Shown: positions 1-13,294 of the stretch, piece by piece | Layout of the letters: each line of letters begins with the position of its first letter | How positions within the stretch are numbered: the first letter of the stretch is position 1 | From: Takakia lepidozioides | Lineage: Eukaryota; Plantae; Bryophyta | Length of the DNA: 64,000 bases | Reading direction: 5' to 3' | NCBI GenBank assembly: GCA_030704615.1 | Contig: CM060733.1 | Location: 50,530,001-50,594,000, forward strand | Notes under the pieces: model-generated | What the model was told of the DNA's origin: nothing | The model's database searches: none | Seen by the model: the letters and a program-made list of their open reading frames with translations, nothing else | Made by a program: the position numbers and the translations under genes

Positions 1-2222
1 GGGCTCGGTCTCGCGCAATTGAGGCCTCATTGGAGCAAGATGAGCCATGGGTCCCCCCATTGGAGCCTCACCTGAAGACTCCTGAAGAAGAAGTATGCTT
101 CATGCATTCCATTGCTCACCATACAATTAGCAGTCTGGCAGTCCTAGGATAACTGTGTTGAGGCTGTTGTTCTGAATTGCTGAGTTTCTGGGGTAAGTCT
201 CAGCTGTGATAGATAGTTTGCGTTGTGTAGTTCTGTCCATGTCTTGTGCAATTGACCCTTTGCCCATTGCAGGGTGGGACTAGATATATATGCATGGCTG
301 ATCACAACGTGAGGGCAGCTTCGTTATTGATGCAAATCATCAAGCTGTAGTGAATCCTACATGTTGTGACTGGTAGCTGTGGGTTTGTCTGAATACAGAT
401 AATGTATTTCGCATATAGGTTTACAGAGCAGTCTGAATTGAATCTAGACTTGACCAATACCCTATCCTTGGAAAGTAGATTATTCTCAACTACCTGCTTT
501 TTATTGCAGTTCTACTGAAGGTAGATACATAATCAATGGAACAACATTCTACAAGTGAATACTCCTTTACAGCAATTGCTTGTTGGTAAAATCAGTCTTA
601 ATGTTTGTTCTTTTTGAGATTTCAGGCACAGATTGAATGTGCAATGCAAGGCAACTTCTTATTCCAGAGTTTGACAGCAAAGCAGCGCCACACACTCTGT
701 GAGTGCATGGACCGGATTGATGTAAATGCGGGGGACATCGTCATTAGACAGGTAGTGGCTTTCTCCATACAAGTCGTCAGCAAGTAATGAAAAGTGCTTT
801 AGTGGGACTTGCCTGCTTTTGTAGGCTTTAGGAATGAAAGGAGATGGTGGAGCTGCTAAAGTTTCTTATTTGCTGGTCGGTTTTCCTACTCTTTATTGTC
901 TGTTTTCACTCCATGCATTTCTTCACTCAGTTTGTCACGCTGACAGGGTTTCGAGAGCGATCTCTTTTACATTGTTGAAAGTGGCGAATTTGAAGTGTTG
1001 GTCTCTCAGGTGATTCATCACTCCTCTTGTGATGGATAGCAACACAACGTCGAATGTAGAATGTGCAGACTTGCATGTGAACCATTGTTACTGAGAGCAA
1101 AACAGACTTCGATCAATAGCTGCTTGGTTCCTCTGCAAGGGTGTGAAAATATTGCAGTTTTTGGATCCTATAGTCTTCGCAGGAGTACTTTTTGGAGGGG
1201 GGGCTTCCAGCAGCTAGAGAGAGATTGTACTCATAAGACGTTGTTTGCCGTAGCCTTGTGGCCATTGACCCCGCGCCCAGTTTGAGCGGGAACAAAAGGG
1301 ACAGAACCTACCTCTGTCAGGGGCTGACGTTGGTAGTAAGACTTACCTTCATATATAGAATTAATCCGGGTTTTCCAGATATCCTCTAGAAATCCCTTCA
1401 CACAAGCATCAATCTGCTGTGTGTGATTTGCCCAAAAACTAGGCCTCAGGAGGGCCTGGGCTTTTGGCTCAGCCTCGAGACTTTCAAAGTTGGTAAACAG
1501 GGGTACAGGCACAATTCCCTTGATAGATTTGAAGAGAGCGTCTCTTTGGTGAGAGAACCCCGGACAGTGTATCAGAAAATGAATACTGTCTTCAGATTGC
1601 CCACTCAAGGGGCAATTGCACTCTCCCTTTCCTCTCTGCTTCTGTTTGCTGTTCAAAGGTAGGCTTCCTGCCCTGAGTTTAAATTTCAGTCTAGTGCCGA
1701 GAGTGGGTAGACCCTTGAGGTCATCCAAGATGTCCTCCCCCATGTCACAGACTGGAAACAAGTTCAGGGAAGTTTTCTGCCTAACTTCATTTTCAGACAA
1801 TCTCATGGCAACAGACATGGCTGAGGACACTACAGCCTCTAAGTCAGATTTATCCAGCAGGGTCAAGACTTGCGGATCCAGGTCCAGGTCCTTGAGGATC
1901 TCTTCTACTCTCTTTTGCCAGGACTTAGCCTGTTTGGTCAGCTGCAACATATGCCCAACACCAGATATCCTAAGTTAATCGACTCTATATCTTGGAAACA
2001 GGACCGCCCCACCATCTGACCTTGAATTCATCTCGTCGGGAGCTTAAGGACAGAATGCCAAACTCACCCCGAACAGCCACATTGGCTGTTTTGGAGCATG
2101 CTGACATACACTCCTTAAGCACCCCCACTTGAATGGATTCTAGAGACTTAGCCTGGTTGGAGTTATCAACCCATATAGCAGATCCGTACTCCAAGGCAGG
2201 TCTAATAACGCGACAAAGCAGC

Positions 2223-2314
<92 letters not shown>

Positions 2315-5300
2315 CAAGCTATTTGCCACAAAAGTAGTGTCTTTGGGGCACTGGTTCAGTGGTAGAGGTAGTTGACATTTACCTCTACTTGGGATCAGCC
2401 CATGTTATGAATGAATATGCTGTGCACTAACCCATGGGAAATGGATGTCTGTCAGACTGGGACGGGGAGCGGCCAGGATCTGGGTACTGTGGTTCAACAT
2501 TATGATGTGAACTCAAGCCCCTGCTTTGGAGAGCTTGCACTGATGTACTTTCCCCCTCCTTGCACTGAAGTTTGAGCAGTTTATTCGATTGAAAAACTGA
2601 GTACTTTCAATTAGGTTGGTTTCAGACGGATGATGGATGGACAGGCTGTTCAGAATTTTCCTTACCAAATCTTTGTTTACTCGGGCTTCCACCGTGGGTT
2701 TGGCACCATTACGAAGTTCCGAGCTGACTGGTTGGCTTATTTACCTGGACCTGGAGTTGTGACTGAGACTCTAGACTTGCTAACTGTGTTTGCTTTGCGT
2801 TGACCTGTCAAGTGTATGACTGGTGAAGATAAGAGAAAGTACTCAAGACATTTTTGGCTGTAGCTGGTGGAGGTAAGACTGTACTTATATGGTTGGCCAT
2901 AGCCTTGTGGCCATAGATCCCATGTCCAGTTTGGGTGGAGCAAGTGGGAACTTTCACTACCTTTGTGAGGGGCTCAATCCAATATTGGGACTTACCTTGA
3001 TATAAACAATTTGTTTGGGCTTGACAGATTTCCTCTAGAGAGCCCTTAGCACAAGCCACAATCTGCTGTGTGTGATCAGCCCAGCAGTTAGACCTGGACA
3101 GGGCCAGGGCTTTAGGCTCAGCCTCGAGATTTTGATAGTTAGTGAACAGAGGTGCAGGGCTATGGTCTTGATGGTCCTGAGATGGTCGCTGTCTGATGAA
3201 AATACCCCACACTGTACTAGAAAATGGATATTGGGTTTCAGGTAGCCTGCATATCGGGCATTGACAATCTCCCTTACCTCTCTGCATCCTTTTATTGTTC
3301 AAAGGTCAACTTCCCACCCTGAGTTTAAATCTCAGTCCAGTGACAGTAACAGAATGTACTCGTAAGATGTTGTTTGCTGTGGCCTTGTGGCCATAGCCCA
3401 GTGAAGGTAAGAGAATGTACTTCTGAGATGTTGTTTGTTTTACCCTTGTGGCCATAGACCTGCGCCCAGTCTGGGCGGAACAAGAGGGAACAGACACTAC
3501 CTGTGCGAGGGGTCTCACCTTGGTATAGACAATTGGTTTGGGCTTTCCAGATTTCCTCTCTTCACACAAGCATCAATCTGCTGTGTGTGAGCTGCCCAGC
3601 AATTAGACCCGAACGGGTCCAGGGCTTGAGGCTCAGCCTGAAGGTTTTGAAAGTTGGTGAACAGAGGGGCAGGCATTATGTTCTTGATGGTCCTGAAGAG
3701 GGTTGCTCTCTGATGAAAATACCCCGGCACAAGACTGAAATTGGGACTCAGGGCAGGGAGTCTACCTTTGAACAATAAACAGTTGCAGAGAGGAAAGGGA
3801 TGGTCAATGCCTGATGTGCAGGCGGCCTGAAGACAATATCCCCTTCAGATCATCCTTAGGTCTCACCCATGTCACAAACTGGAAATCAGTTCAGGGAAGT
3901 TTTTCAGAGCTTTATTTTGTTCGACCATTCTTTGTGCTTCCAACATGGCCTTAGACACTTCATCCTCAAGCCAGCTTCATCTAGTAGAGTCAGTTCTTCC
4001 TGCCTAATATTCAGGTACTTGAAAATCTCCTCTACCTACTTAGCCTGTTTAACAGGCTTCCAAGAAATAGAGTCATCGTCTGGTGAAGGTAAGAGAGAGA
4101 CAGAGAGAGTTTATGACGTCCATGGGGAAGGGGGGGTGAGAGACTGACTGTTCTGGAGTTGGTTGGGTTTCAGGTATAACAAGCCAGGGCAGGCGACAGT
4201 GCGTGCAGTGACAGATGGTGGCTTGTGGGTGCTTGAGCGGGAGGCATTCCGTGGTGTCCTTTTAATGAAGGTTTTGCATCGACCGTCACTAAAAGCTTTA
4301 CGGTCGGTGGAGATTTTCTCGAAGCTTTCCCTATCGCATCTTCACTGCCTGGCAGATGCTTTGATCGAAGTTTCATTTGATGAGGGTGAAACTATTGTGC
4401 AGAAGGTGGGTTTATCCAACCTTTTGGCTTTCATCTTCTTTGTCTTAGGAGCTCTGTTGAACCTCCTGATATCCTTACTAGAGGTCAAGGCAATCTAGGA
4501 GTGATACGGAAGTCGTCAAACTCTCAATCCAGACCCTTGAGTCATTGATAGGTGGATGGTCACCTTATTTGGGGTGGATTCATGAATGATGAACACAATT
4601 CATAAGTGAACCTCTTGGGAATGGGGGTAGTAAGGGTTGACAGGCAGCAATTCTTTTGGAATTTTTGTTTTGGAAGTGTTGGGCTGACTTGACAAGATGT
4701 GTTGTACCCGTTGCAGGATGATGAACTTGCCTCTTTTTACTTTGTCCACAAAGGGAATGTTGAAGTGAAGTTCTTCGAAGTGTCTGAAAACGAATCCCTT
4801 CATGATTTCCAATTACCGAGGGCAAGTTTGGATTGGCCTGGGGAAAAGGATACTGTTGCGATAGTTGTCGACCACTTGGAATCTGAACGGGAAGTCAGAT
4901 ATTTTGGAGAGTGGGTGCTGTTGGATGAGCCTATGCGACCAATGACTGCTGTGGCCATTAGTGACGTTGAATGTTGGGCTATCACGAGGGAAGCCTTTGA
5001 AGAAGCTGTTGGACCCTTGAGTGTGATCATTAAGGAGGATGAACAGTAAGTATATTCGTTGATGTATGTTACTGATGTGTTATGAGGCAGTATCTGCCAT
5101 TCTTTGGTCTTGGAAGCCTTGGTTCACATCATTATTTTAATCTTAACTTTGGAACAGTAGCAAAGAAGGAAGCACACTTGTTAAGACAAGGTTGGTTGAA
5201 TGTGCCTCTGCATTGAGACACAAGCGAGGACAAGTCTGATTACACGTAGCATTGACGTACATAGTTTCTTTTCATGACATGGAGTCTTTCGAATGTCTGA

Positions 5301-8300
5301 ATTTTCTGTTAGAAAATGTCACTCATTTTTGTGGTGCTTGCAGGCTAATCGAGAAGATGTTATCTTTGAAAAAAGCACAACTGGCAGAAGTGGACTCGCG
5401 TGCGTTTCAGAAAATCACTTTGAAGGACCTGGTCAGTTGTTTCTTCTGCTAGTGAGCTAGGATGTGAGCACGATTCTTAAGCTCTTGGAGACAGTGATGC
5501 ACTTGTTTAGCGTTTTGAACTGGGTTGGACGGAGCAGAAAGTTTTGAGGAGAGGAGAAGGGGGTGGGATGAGGGCAGAATGGAGACACTACCATTGCTGA
5601 AGCTCTCTTAGTACCAGTGCCCAATGACTTGAATCCATCCTTCGATATTGTTGGAGGCATAGGTTCGATTAGATAAATCCACAGCACAGTTCACCACCAA
5701 GGAGGGTCATGGTTGTTGGTGTTATTTCATCCCCTAAATTCAAGCCAGAAAAGGTGCACTGATAGTCTATTTGGGGACAAGATTTTTTTTAGGAAAGAGA
5801 GTCCAACTGAGTTCTATCTGTGGATGCTGGTATACATCCACTAGGTGGCCGGTGTTCTTTGTCTCAGAAGGGGTTGATGTGGGTGTGTCAGGATTGGCAA
5901 GAGACGGTATGCTCGACAGACTGCTGTGAGGTTGGCTTGGTGCTCTGTAAGAACTCAGGTATGTTCTACTTCTTTTCATGGTGCAGCGTCTTCAGTAGTA
6001 CATTTTACTTGTAGGGATTTAATTTTGTTAAGCATGGGGTTAGTTGGAGAGCCAATCACCAATCCTTGTCTTGATCCTTGTATTTTATTCCTGGCAACCC
6101 TGGAGTAAGGAAGGTCCAGCTATAAGCTCTTGCTTCACAGATGTGTAATAACTTTTGGTGGACAGCATTTGAACAGGGCAGCAAGAAGTAGATTAACAAC
6201 TGTAATTGGGGATAATACTGCAGCAAGATAATTTTTTATTTTCACTTCTGTGTCAATGTTAAAGTGTGTGACGTAAATTCTGCTCATGTCATGAACATTT
6301 CAGATGCAGATTTTGAACAAGGCTGAAACTGGTGTATGAGTTTCGGATGGTTGTCTGTAAATGTCAGATGGCTTGCCAGGTTGCTTGATTTTTGGTTGCT
6401 TTCTTGGGATCTGTCTTGGATCTGTGATGGACTATCTGTGCTGACCAAGTCAAGATTGTGCATGGTTGGGGGAGATCAGAGGACATAGTGAGTATGAAGA
6501 GATACCAGCGGCGGAAAGTGCAGAGACTGGGCCGGGAAGGCCAAGTCCTGTTGGAAAGGTCCCTCTTGGAAAAATTAAGGCCATCCCCCTTTGTACCACA
6601 CCTCCTGGCCACTCCTTTCGATAATGACACAGTTGCATTGGTGCTTAACTGCATGTTGGCGGGCCCATTAGAGCTTCTCCTTCATACTCCACTCAAAGAG
6701 GCCTCGGCCTGCTTCATGGCGGCCTCTGTTGTTCTTGCCATTGAGCTCTTGCACAAAGTATATTCCCTGCCTCTCTTTGTGTATGTATATATGCAGGCAT
6801 TCGCTGTCCCTCTCTCTGTAAAGGTTTCAGTCTGTCCTTTCTGGGAATCTTTCTTTTGTTTCTCTGTTTCTTCTGTAGTCCTGTTGCTAATGCTGTTTGA
6901 GCTACCTATGGATGACAACAATTTCTCTTTCCCTTTGTTTCTTCATAGAGCATCAACATTCACATTAAACAAGTGAGCACAATTGTGCACTTTCCGTCCC
7001 CTCCTCCCCTTCCTCAAGAGAAAATGTCTTCACCTCTACACCATATGATGTAGCAAAAGCCTTGCCAGACAAGCGTGTCATTCGTTCCTTCTGTGTGCAT
7101 AGGCTCTGGCTCTCTTGGTTTGAGTCTTCTGTCAACAACCGTGTGCTGAAGGAATGGGATTGGACAACTCATATAACTTGGAACAGGATGGAGTTGTGTA
7201 CCGTGGCATCTCACCGGATGTTCTCATGATTGATCGCAAGGGCTGGCTACAGGTGTGCATAGTTCTTGTGCCTGGCCCACATCTTCCACTGTGGTTTGAC
7301 TCTCTGAATATGAAACATGGGTAGACTTTTGAAGAAGCAGACGTCACTACTCTTCGACATGTGTCAAAGGGGTTTTGTGCTTTTTCAAGTCAAGATGCTT
7401 CTTGAGTGAGGTTTTATCGGCCAGTGACCCTAATGGTGGTCGTACTATATTGGCAGCTGGTAGATTTCCGGTTTGCCAAGCAGATGTCTGATGAGCGCAC
7501 CTTCACCATTTGTGGCATGGCGGACTTCTTGGCTCCCGAGATAATCAATGGACAGGGGCATGGTCTGTCTGCTGACTGGTGCGCTCTTCCTGCTGGTCTG
7601 CTACTTTTTCGTAATCTCTCGTTGCTTGCCAAATTTACAATGAACAGGTTCAACAACAAATTTCCTGCCTTGTTTTAGAAAGAGCTTGGGAGGCTCCAAA
7701 GATTTGTCAGCTCCTGGTTTGGTAAAACAGTTGAGATCCAGTGAATCTCTTGTAAGCATACTTTTTCAGTGTTTTGAAATTGATCGGTTAAGTGGTCTAT
7801 ATGCTTATCATGCAGGTGGGCTTTAGGTGTATTAATATACTTTATGCTGCAAAATGAGCTTCCCTTTGGGTCGTGGCGGGATAGTGAGCTCGATATCTTT
7901 GGGAAGATCACTCGGCGGCAGCTGATCTTTCCCTCTACCTTCAGTGCAGAAGTCCTAGACCTCATTGATAAGGTAATGACCAACTTGTTCTTTACCGAGC
8001 TCATTGCTTACATACTTTATGGCTGTGAATGAACTCATTTGCACGTAACGACATTTTGTTCATGTTACCATTAGATCAGTTCAACCAGACCTAATACTCT
8101 TCCAAACATAAACATATGAGCAAGCTAAAGTCAAGAGGTGGTATGTGTGCTGCACAGTGCACACCTCAATGGGAGCGGCACCTCTTGATGTACATCTTTA
8201 CATCCGTTAGTAGCCTCACCACCATGTCTTTCCTTATCATTATGCCTAGTACTCATAAATGTGCAAATGGGAAGAAAAATCTACCTTGGATATAATTCAA

Positions 8301-8795
8301 CGTATTGTCGTGTTGGCACTACTTGTGTGTATGAAACTCATTTAAACACACCTTGCAAAATTCAATTTGGTGAGTGGGTTCAAGTACAGCATTTTGTTAA
8401 TTCCATCATCCAAGTGCATCTCTCTGTGATACACATCCCTGGAGTCACTGCAGTAAGAACATGCAAACCACAGAATGGGAAACACTGGAATTTGAGTTCC
8501 AAATTGTTCTGACAATCACTGACATCTGTGTACATGGGTTACATGGAAACAGCTGCTGACAGTGGATGCAAGTAAGAGGCTTGGTTGTGAGAGCCAGGGT
8601 GTCGGTGCAATCAAACAACATGCCTGGTTCAAGGACATTGACTGGGATGGACTACTAGCAGGCAGTGTTGAGGTGCCCTCAGAAATTCTGTCCCGCCTTC
8701 AACTTTCCCTTGACTTCCATGAGGTGGACGATACTTACCAAGTGTTTGACCTTCAACCCGATGAAGAGGATCCACCCTGGCTTGAAGGCTGGTAA
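1..8795 (+). CDS. PP2C and cyclic nucleotide-binding/kinase domain protein (At2g20050-like, 'plant PKG'), 5'-partial, multi-exon
   Basis: Approximate exons: 3-92 (ARSRAIEASLEQDEPWVPP..KTPEEE), 627-751, 947-1009, 2456-2545 (PCFGELAL, CNB motif), 4174-4405, 4717-5045 (YFGEWVLL), 5344-5431, 5892-5958, 6479-6758, 7187-7252 (YRGISPDVLMID), 7457-7578 (LVDFRFAK..TICGMADFLAPE), 7816-7972, 8553-8795 (..PPWLEGW*). GT-AG borders; two CNB domains followed by an AGC-like kinase domain. Confidence 0.9.
1225..2216 (-). mobile_element. 5'-truncated non-LTR retrotransposon (RTEX/RTE-like ORF2 C-terminus) with 16-bp target-site duplication
   Basis: ORF pieces 1985-2194 (EYGSAIW..ESIQ..VRGEFG..SRRD..VRWW) and 1231-1950 (RLKFKLRAGSLPL..CPL.GQSEDSIHFLIHCP) match the post-RT thumb and zinc-knuckle region of LINE ORF2. 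AGCAGCTAGAGAGAGA flanks it at 1209-1224 and 2217-2232. Confidence 0.85.
2224..2311. repeat. (AG)n microsatellite, about 44 units
   Basis: Perfect dinucleotide run directly adjacent to the LINE 5' end. Confidence 0.98.
2821..4096 (-). mobile_element. Cluster of degenerate 3'-end copies of the same LINE family in one intron
   Basis: ORFs 2808-3302, 3306-3569 and 3515-3775 reproduce the LINE C-terminus (LFTNxxNLEAEPKA, HTQQIxAC, GHKAxAN). The motif TGGTGAAGGTAAGAGA or a variant occurs at about 2821, 2866, 3399 and 4081. Confidence 0.8.
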
Positions 8796-10217
8796 TGGCT
8801 TCAAGGCTTGGATATTAGATTGAATCGCATTTCCTCAGTATTTCTTTCGCTGAAGGACGCATGGTTCTCCCTCTTTGCAAGATGCATAGTTAGTGCAGAT
8901 AATTTTGAGAGGCCCATCTGATCCTCACCTACATTCATCAAGTCGATTTTCCTTCAACTCGAAAGCCGTGGGATGGAGAGATATTGAATTAGGGTGGTTC
9001 TCCAATTGGCCGATGTGACAGTGTGTAGGGAGAGACTGGTTAAATTATGAGACTCTTAGAAGGGTATGCTTTTGACATCAGCAGTCATTGAAATTCTAGA
9101 CAGTGGCGCAGTAGAGACTAGGGCTTCATTTATTGATAGGCACCACAGATCCCTTTCTCAAGATCCAGTCCGCCTGGCTCCATATCGCATGGGTCGGCAC
9201 CCTGTAACTTTATTTTCCTAAACTTCATTCATTTATAAAATGACTGAACGTCGTTGGATGTCCATCGGTACTTGCCAATTTTCAACAATCACACTAGGTA
9301 CAGCAGGCCCTTGTGAATGGATAGCATGCAAAATTGCAATATCATATGGCCATAGTTGAGAGTGTCTTTCATATTCAGAGACTAGTTGTTCTAACTTAAT
9401 GGTCCAGTATTATAGAACAATCACCAAACCCTAAATCCCAAAACATCAAAATGCCTCAGGCTCAAGGTGGCTGCACTGTGGAATTGGGAAGACTTGTCGG
9501 GCTGGGAATGCATCGGAGTATCTCTGTTATGGACTAGGTAGTTAAAATCTAGTGCGTCGTAGAATACCACATATAGCACCCCTCCTCAAATCCAGTAGAA
9601 ACATGCCACGTCAGCGAGTTTGCTCTAAAAATCGGTTATGTGTCAAAAGCCAGGTAGCTGCCAAGCTCCTACTTTCTTCATGTAGTGGTGTCCAATACAA
9701 TCTCCTGCCAGTCATAAACACAATTCTTCAAAGTAGGTTATCATGCAGATCCCATCCAGTGTCTGGCTAGTTTCACCTGTTTGTTGCTAACAGCAACAAA
9801 ATACTCTTACAAAACATTCTCCAACTACTGATTCCTCTACCTACCTGATCTACATTCGAAACTGTTCTTCACTAGATATATGGTTGAAAGGGGTGGTTTT
9901 GACTGAATATGTTTCCGTGCAGATACCTCTGCCCTTGTTTTGTGACAACACCCTTTGTACACTTGATTGGGTTAATGTTATGTCAAATTACAGTGCATTG
10001 GCTGAATTGACAGCTGGCTTTATTTGATCCAGATATGAAATGTTGAGCTACTCCCAACACTACAATGACAAAAATTTCATATCCCCTGTTATCTCGAAAT
10101 TTGGGTATGAGTGTGACCAACAGTGAGAAGCTTAAAGCAATACAGGGTTGCCCCCAAACATCGATTTTGCTAGATACACAAAAGAGCTTCTAAACTAATA
10201 CTTGCATCTGCTTGGAA

Positions 10218-13200
10218 CTAGACTTTACTAATGATATTCTCTGAGCCCTGATTGACCCAATCAGCAATCAAATGGTGGGCAATCGCATACGCCCCCGGGG
10301 CAACCATTTGATTAGTCTCCTTGTTTTCTTGGTTAGGTTCTGGCACCCTGTCTCTCACCCACTCTGCACTTTCTTCTCCAAAACAGGCCTGATATATCTT
10401 CATGCTTGCCTCTTGTTGAGTCCTGTCATACTCGTTATATGTAAGCGCATTCCGTACTTGGTCGCGGGAATGCCATTGTGCATCTGCCCATCAAGAACCC
10501 AGTTCACCCAAGCCCTCAGAGATACGGAAAGATCTTGCAATGCATCATCGTCCTGCTCAGCCAGTATACTCAGAGCCTGGTGAACCTCTCTTCAAGAACG
10601 TGAGGAAATTCGAGGATCAAGTGGGTTTACCTTGAAGCTCCTTATTGTCAATGCTGATGTCAAATGTCTTGGCAAACGCAAAGAACCCTATCATCAACTG
10701 ACATGGCATGCTGCTTGGCCCCACTGTAAGCTTCAAAATAAGGTGGGCCAAAATCATCAGCTGTTACTAACTGCCAAGGGAAAAATGGGGAAGAAATGGG
10801 AAAAAAAGTACAAGACATCTATAAACAGTGCAGGGACCTAGTCGTCTAGACAAGCATACTGATTCTTTATAGGAACCAAAGGCACAATACATACCATAGA
10901 CATGACGCACCAAGCAAGCATAGCATGGTGAAACACAAACAAGAGGAGCGAAGTCCATGACTGCAGGAGTCCACCTGGCCAAGGTTGCGAGCTATGATGA
11001 ACGACATCACCCACTTCAATGCCCACCTCCTCTCGGGTTTCACGCCTGACTGCCTCCACCAAGCTTTCCCCAGGCTGCTGAGGCACACATCAATGAATTT
11101 ATTGCTCAATTTTTTCGTGTTTAATTGAGGAGATGGTAAAAAACAAAGAATCAACAGCCCTCCTTGCCAGAGAGCACTCTTCTCAACCAGGCTTTGTTCT
11201 ACAAGTCCCTGGGCAGGAGATTTTCACTACAGATTGTAGCTAAATGTTACCAAGACTCCTCCAAGGCAACTGTCAGACAACACAACTCTCCCCTTCCACA
11301 CAGAGGCTGCATCAGCTATTTGCAGAAGTATGGATATACTTAACACTACGGCCCAATTGACTGGTGATTCGCTGAAAGTTTTAGATCAGCCTTTGGAGTC
11401 TTTACACTAGGGCTCTCGAATGAGAACCCAATCTAAGCTATCACCCTAGTCAGCATAAATCAAGAACCCAGTGCTTGGTGACCACCGGAAGGTCCTGCAG
11501 TGCTGGGTTCTCGATTTATGTCTGACACGGCCAATGAACAGCTTTGGAGGGAACTCAGGCGAGTGGGAGAGCAAGTGACGCAGCGGTATGGTCCGCAAGA
11601 TGCTAGCACAGGAATGATTGGAAGGAATGATCAGGTTACATGTTCCATGTACTATATTCAAATCCACTTGGGTTCTCATTTTTGCCCATGTGGCACCATT
11701 TAAAACCTAATTTGAAATACCAGGAAATTTTTTGGGTCCTCAATGATGGGCCAAAGTGTAAAGGGGCCCTAACCCTCCTGCTCACTACTATAACATACTA
11801 ATACAATACAGCACGAAGTGCAGCATATTGTGGCATCTGTGAAAAGCCAGATGGTGTCAGTGCAATAATTGCATTGGATTCCCCATTGTTGACCTAAACC
11901 TTCTACCAAGTGGGATTCCCTTGGACGCGCAGGCAAACCAAGGACCAGGAGGTCCATCTACCAAAAACCTTCCCCAATAATTTGTGAGAGAGACACACCT
12001 CACTGAAGCCTGCCAGACAGCTCCACATTCGTGGCACAAAGCGCTCTTGACGACCCAAGACTACACGGTCCCGCTCCTTATCAATTACCAGCATTATTAC
12101 CACCTGCGATCCCACATGCCCCATGTCTTGACATCACAAGGCACATCATTTGACAAGCTTCTAGCATTAAAAGTATCAAAAAGATATTTTGAGAGAAAGA
12201 GATGCCCAGCATAATATCATTCCCTCAAACTGATGGATAGATGACTGTGGCTGAGGAAAATTCCAAACCAATGACTACCGGGAAACTAAAAAAGGCCAGC
12301 CCTACATCAGTAACACCAATTGCAACACCGATTCTCCACCGGCAGCTACTGCGTCAAAGAATGGGACTTACAGGGTCTATTCGGGGATAGAGCTTGTTGT
12401 TGCACTTGACGTTAGAACACTGGCGCCGCTGTCCAGCCAGGATTGCGTATGCCTTACTACCACAGCGGCCACAGTACACCGCCTGCTTGTGCCACTCCAG
12501 CATAGCCCTTGCCTGCCTCCAGAGAATGAGAGCAGAATAAACATTTGCCTCACCAACCCTTCTACTGAAATCTAGCGATACGACAGAGTGTAGTCAAACA
12601 TAGAGAAATCCTCCTCCCACAGTACTTAATTCATTCTTAAAAATATTGGCCTCATGTGCAATCCCCCAACTTGTTCAAATTACAAAAGTCACCACACACC
12701 TAAACCTGGGTCAAGAAAGCCTCAAGCTGGAACACACACATGTCCGGAGATCGAGAGATCAGCCATGGCGTCCTCGCTGTCAAAGTCAGTTGCCACCATC
12801 AGTGTCCGCAAATCAACGAAGGCAACCCTCTCATCCGGCGAGGGGGCTGCAAACATGGCTGCCAACTTCTTGAGCTGCTCACTCCCAGCCCTTCTGCCTT
12901 CAGAACCGGTAGATGGAGGGAGAGGCACTTCCACAGAAAAATATGCAACCCCGCCTTTCTCCCCAAGATACACCAATTTGTCATACTTCCTTCCACTTTC
13001 TGCAAATTGTTCCCCATCCCTGTGCACCGGTCCAACTGTGTCGTCCCCCGAACTCAAACTGACAGGGACACGGGTCCCAAAATCCTCCATCGCTTGCCAT
13101 GCTAGCCGCCAAATAAAGGCTCCCTTTGGAGATCTTGAGGCAGCAACCAGGGTCCTCCCATCCGCAACTGGAAGAACACGCGCCCCCTGCATGTCCCCAT

Positions 13201-13294
13201 TCTCCAACAGCTCCACTAAATCCTCAGTCCTGAGCTTGTTGCGCTTGCCTGGTATCACAGGATTTCCCGCAAAAGCATGCCCTGTCCCTCTCAT
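10218..13294 (-). CDS. NUDT19: Nudix hydrolase, NADH pyrophosphatase (NudC/NUDT12 family, AtNUDT19-like)
   Basis: Exons about 12740-13294 (MRGTGHAFAGNP), 12372-12512 (ARAMLEWH..YCGRCG..C..C..LYPRIDP), 11999-12103 (WSCLAGF), 10975-11074 (PGESLVEAVRRETREEVG Nudix box, SQPWP), 10632-10724 (CQLMIGF), 10218-10483 (..APGAYAIAHHLIADWV..SKV*). Confidence 0.92.
11395..11768. mobile_element. Possible degenerate MITE (PIF/Harbinger-like) in a NUDT19 intron
   Basis: Imperfect terminal inverted repeats: left GGAGTCTTTACACTAGGG..TGAGAACCCA, right TGGGTCCTCA..CCAAAGTGTAAAGGGGCCC followed by TAA. Confidence 0.4.
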
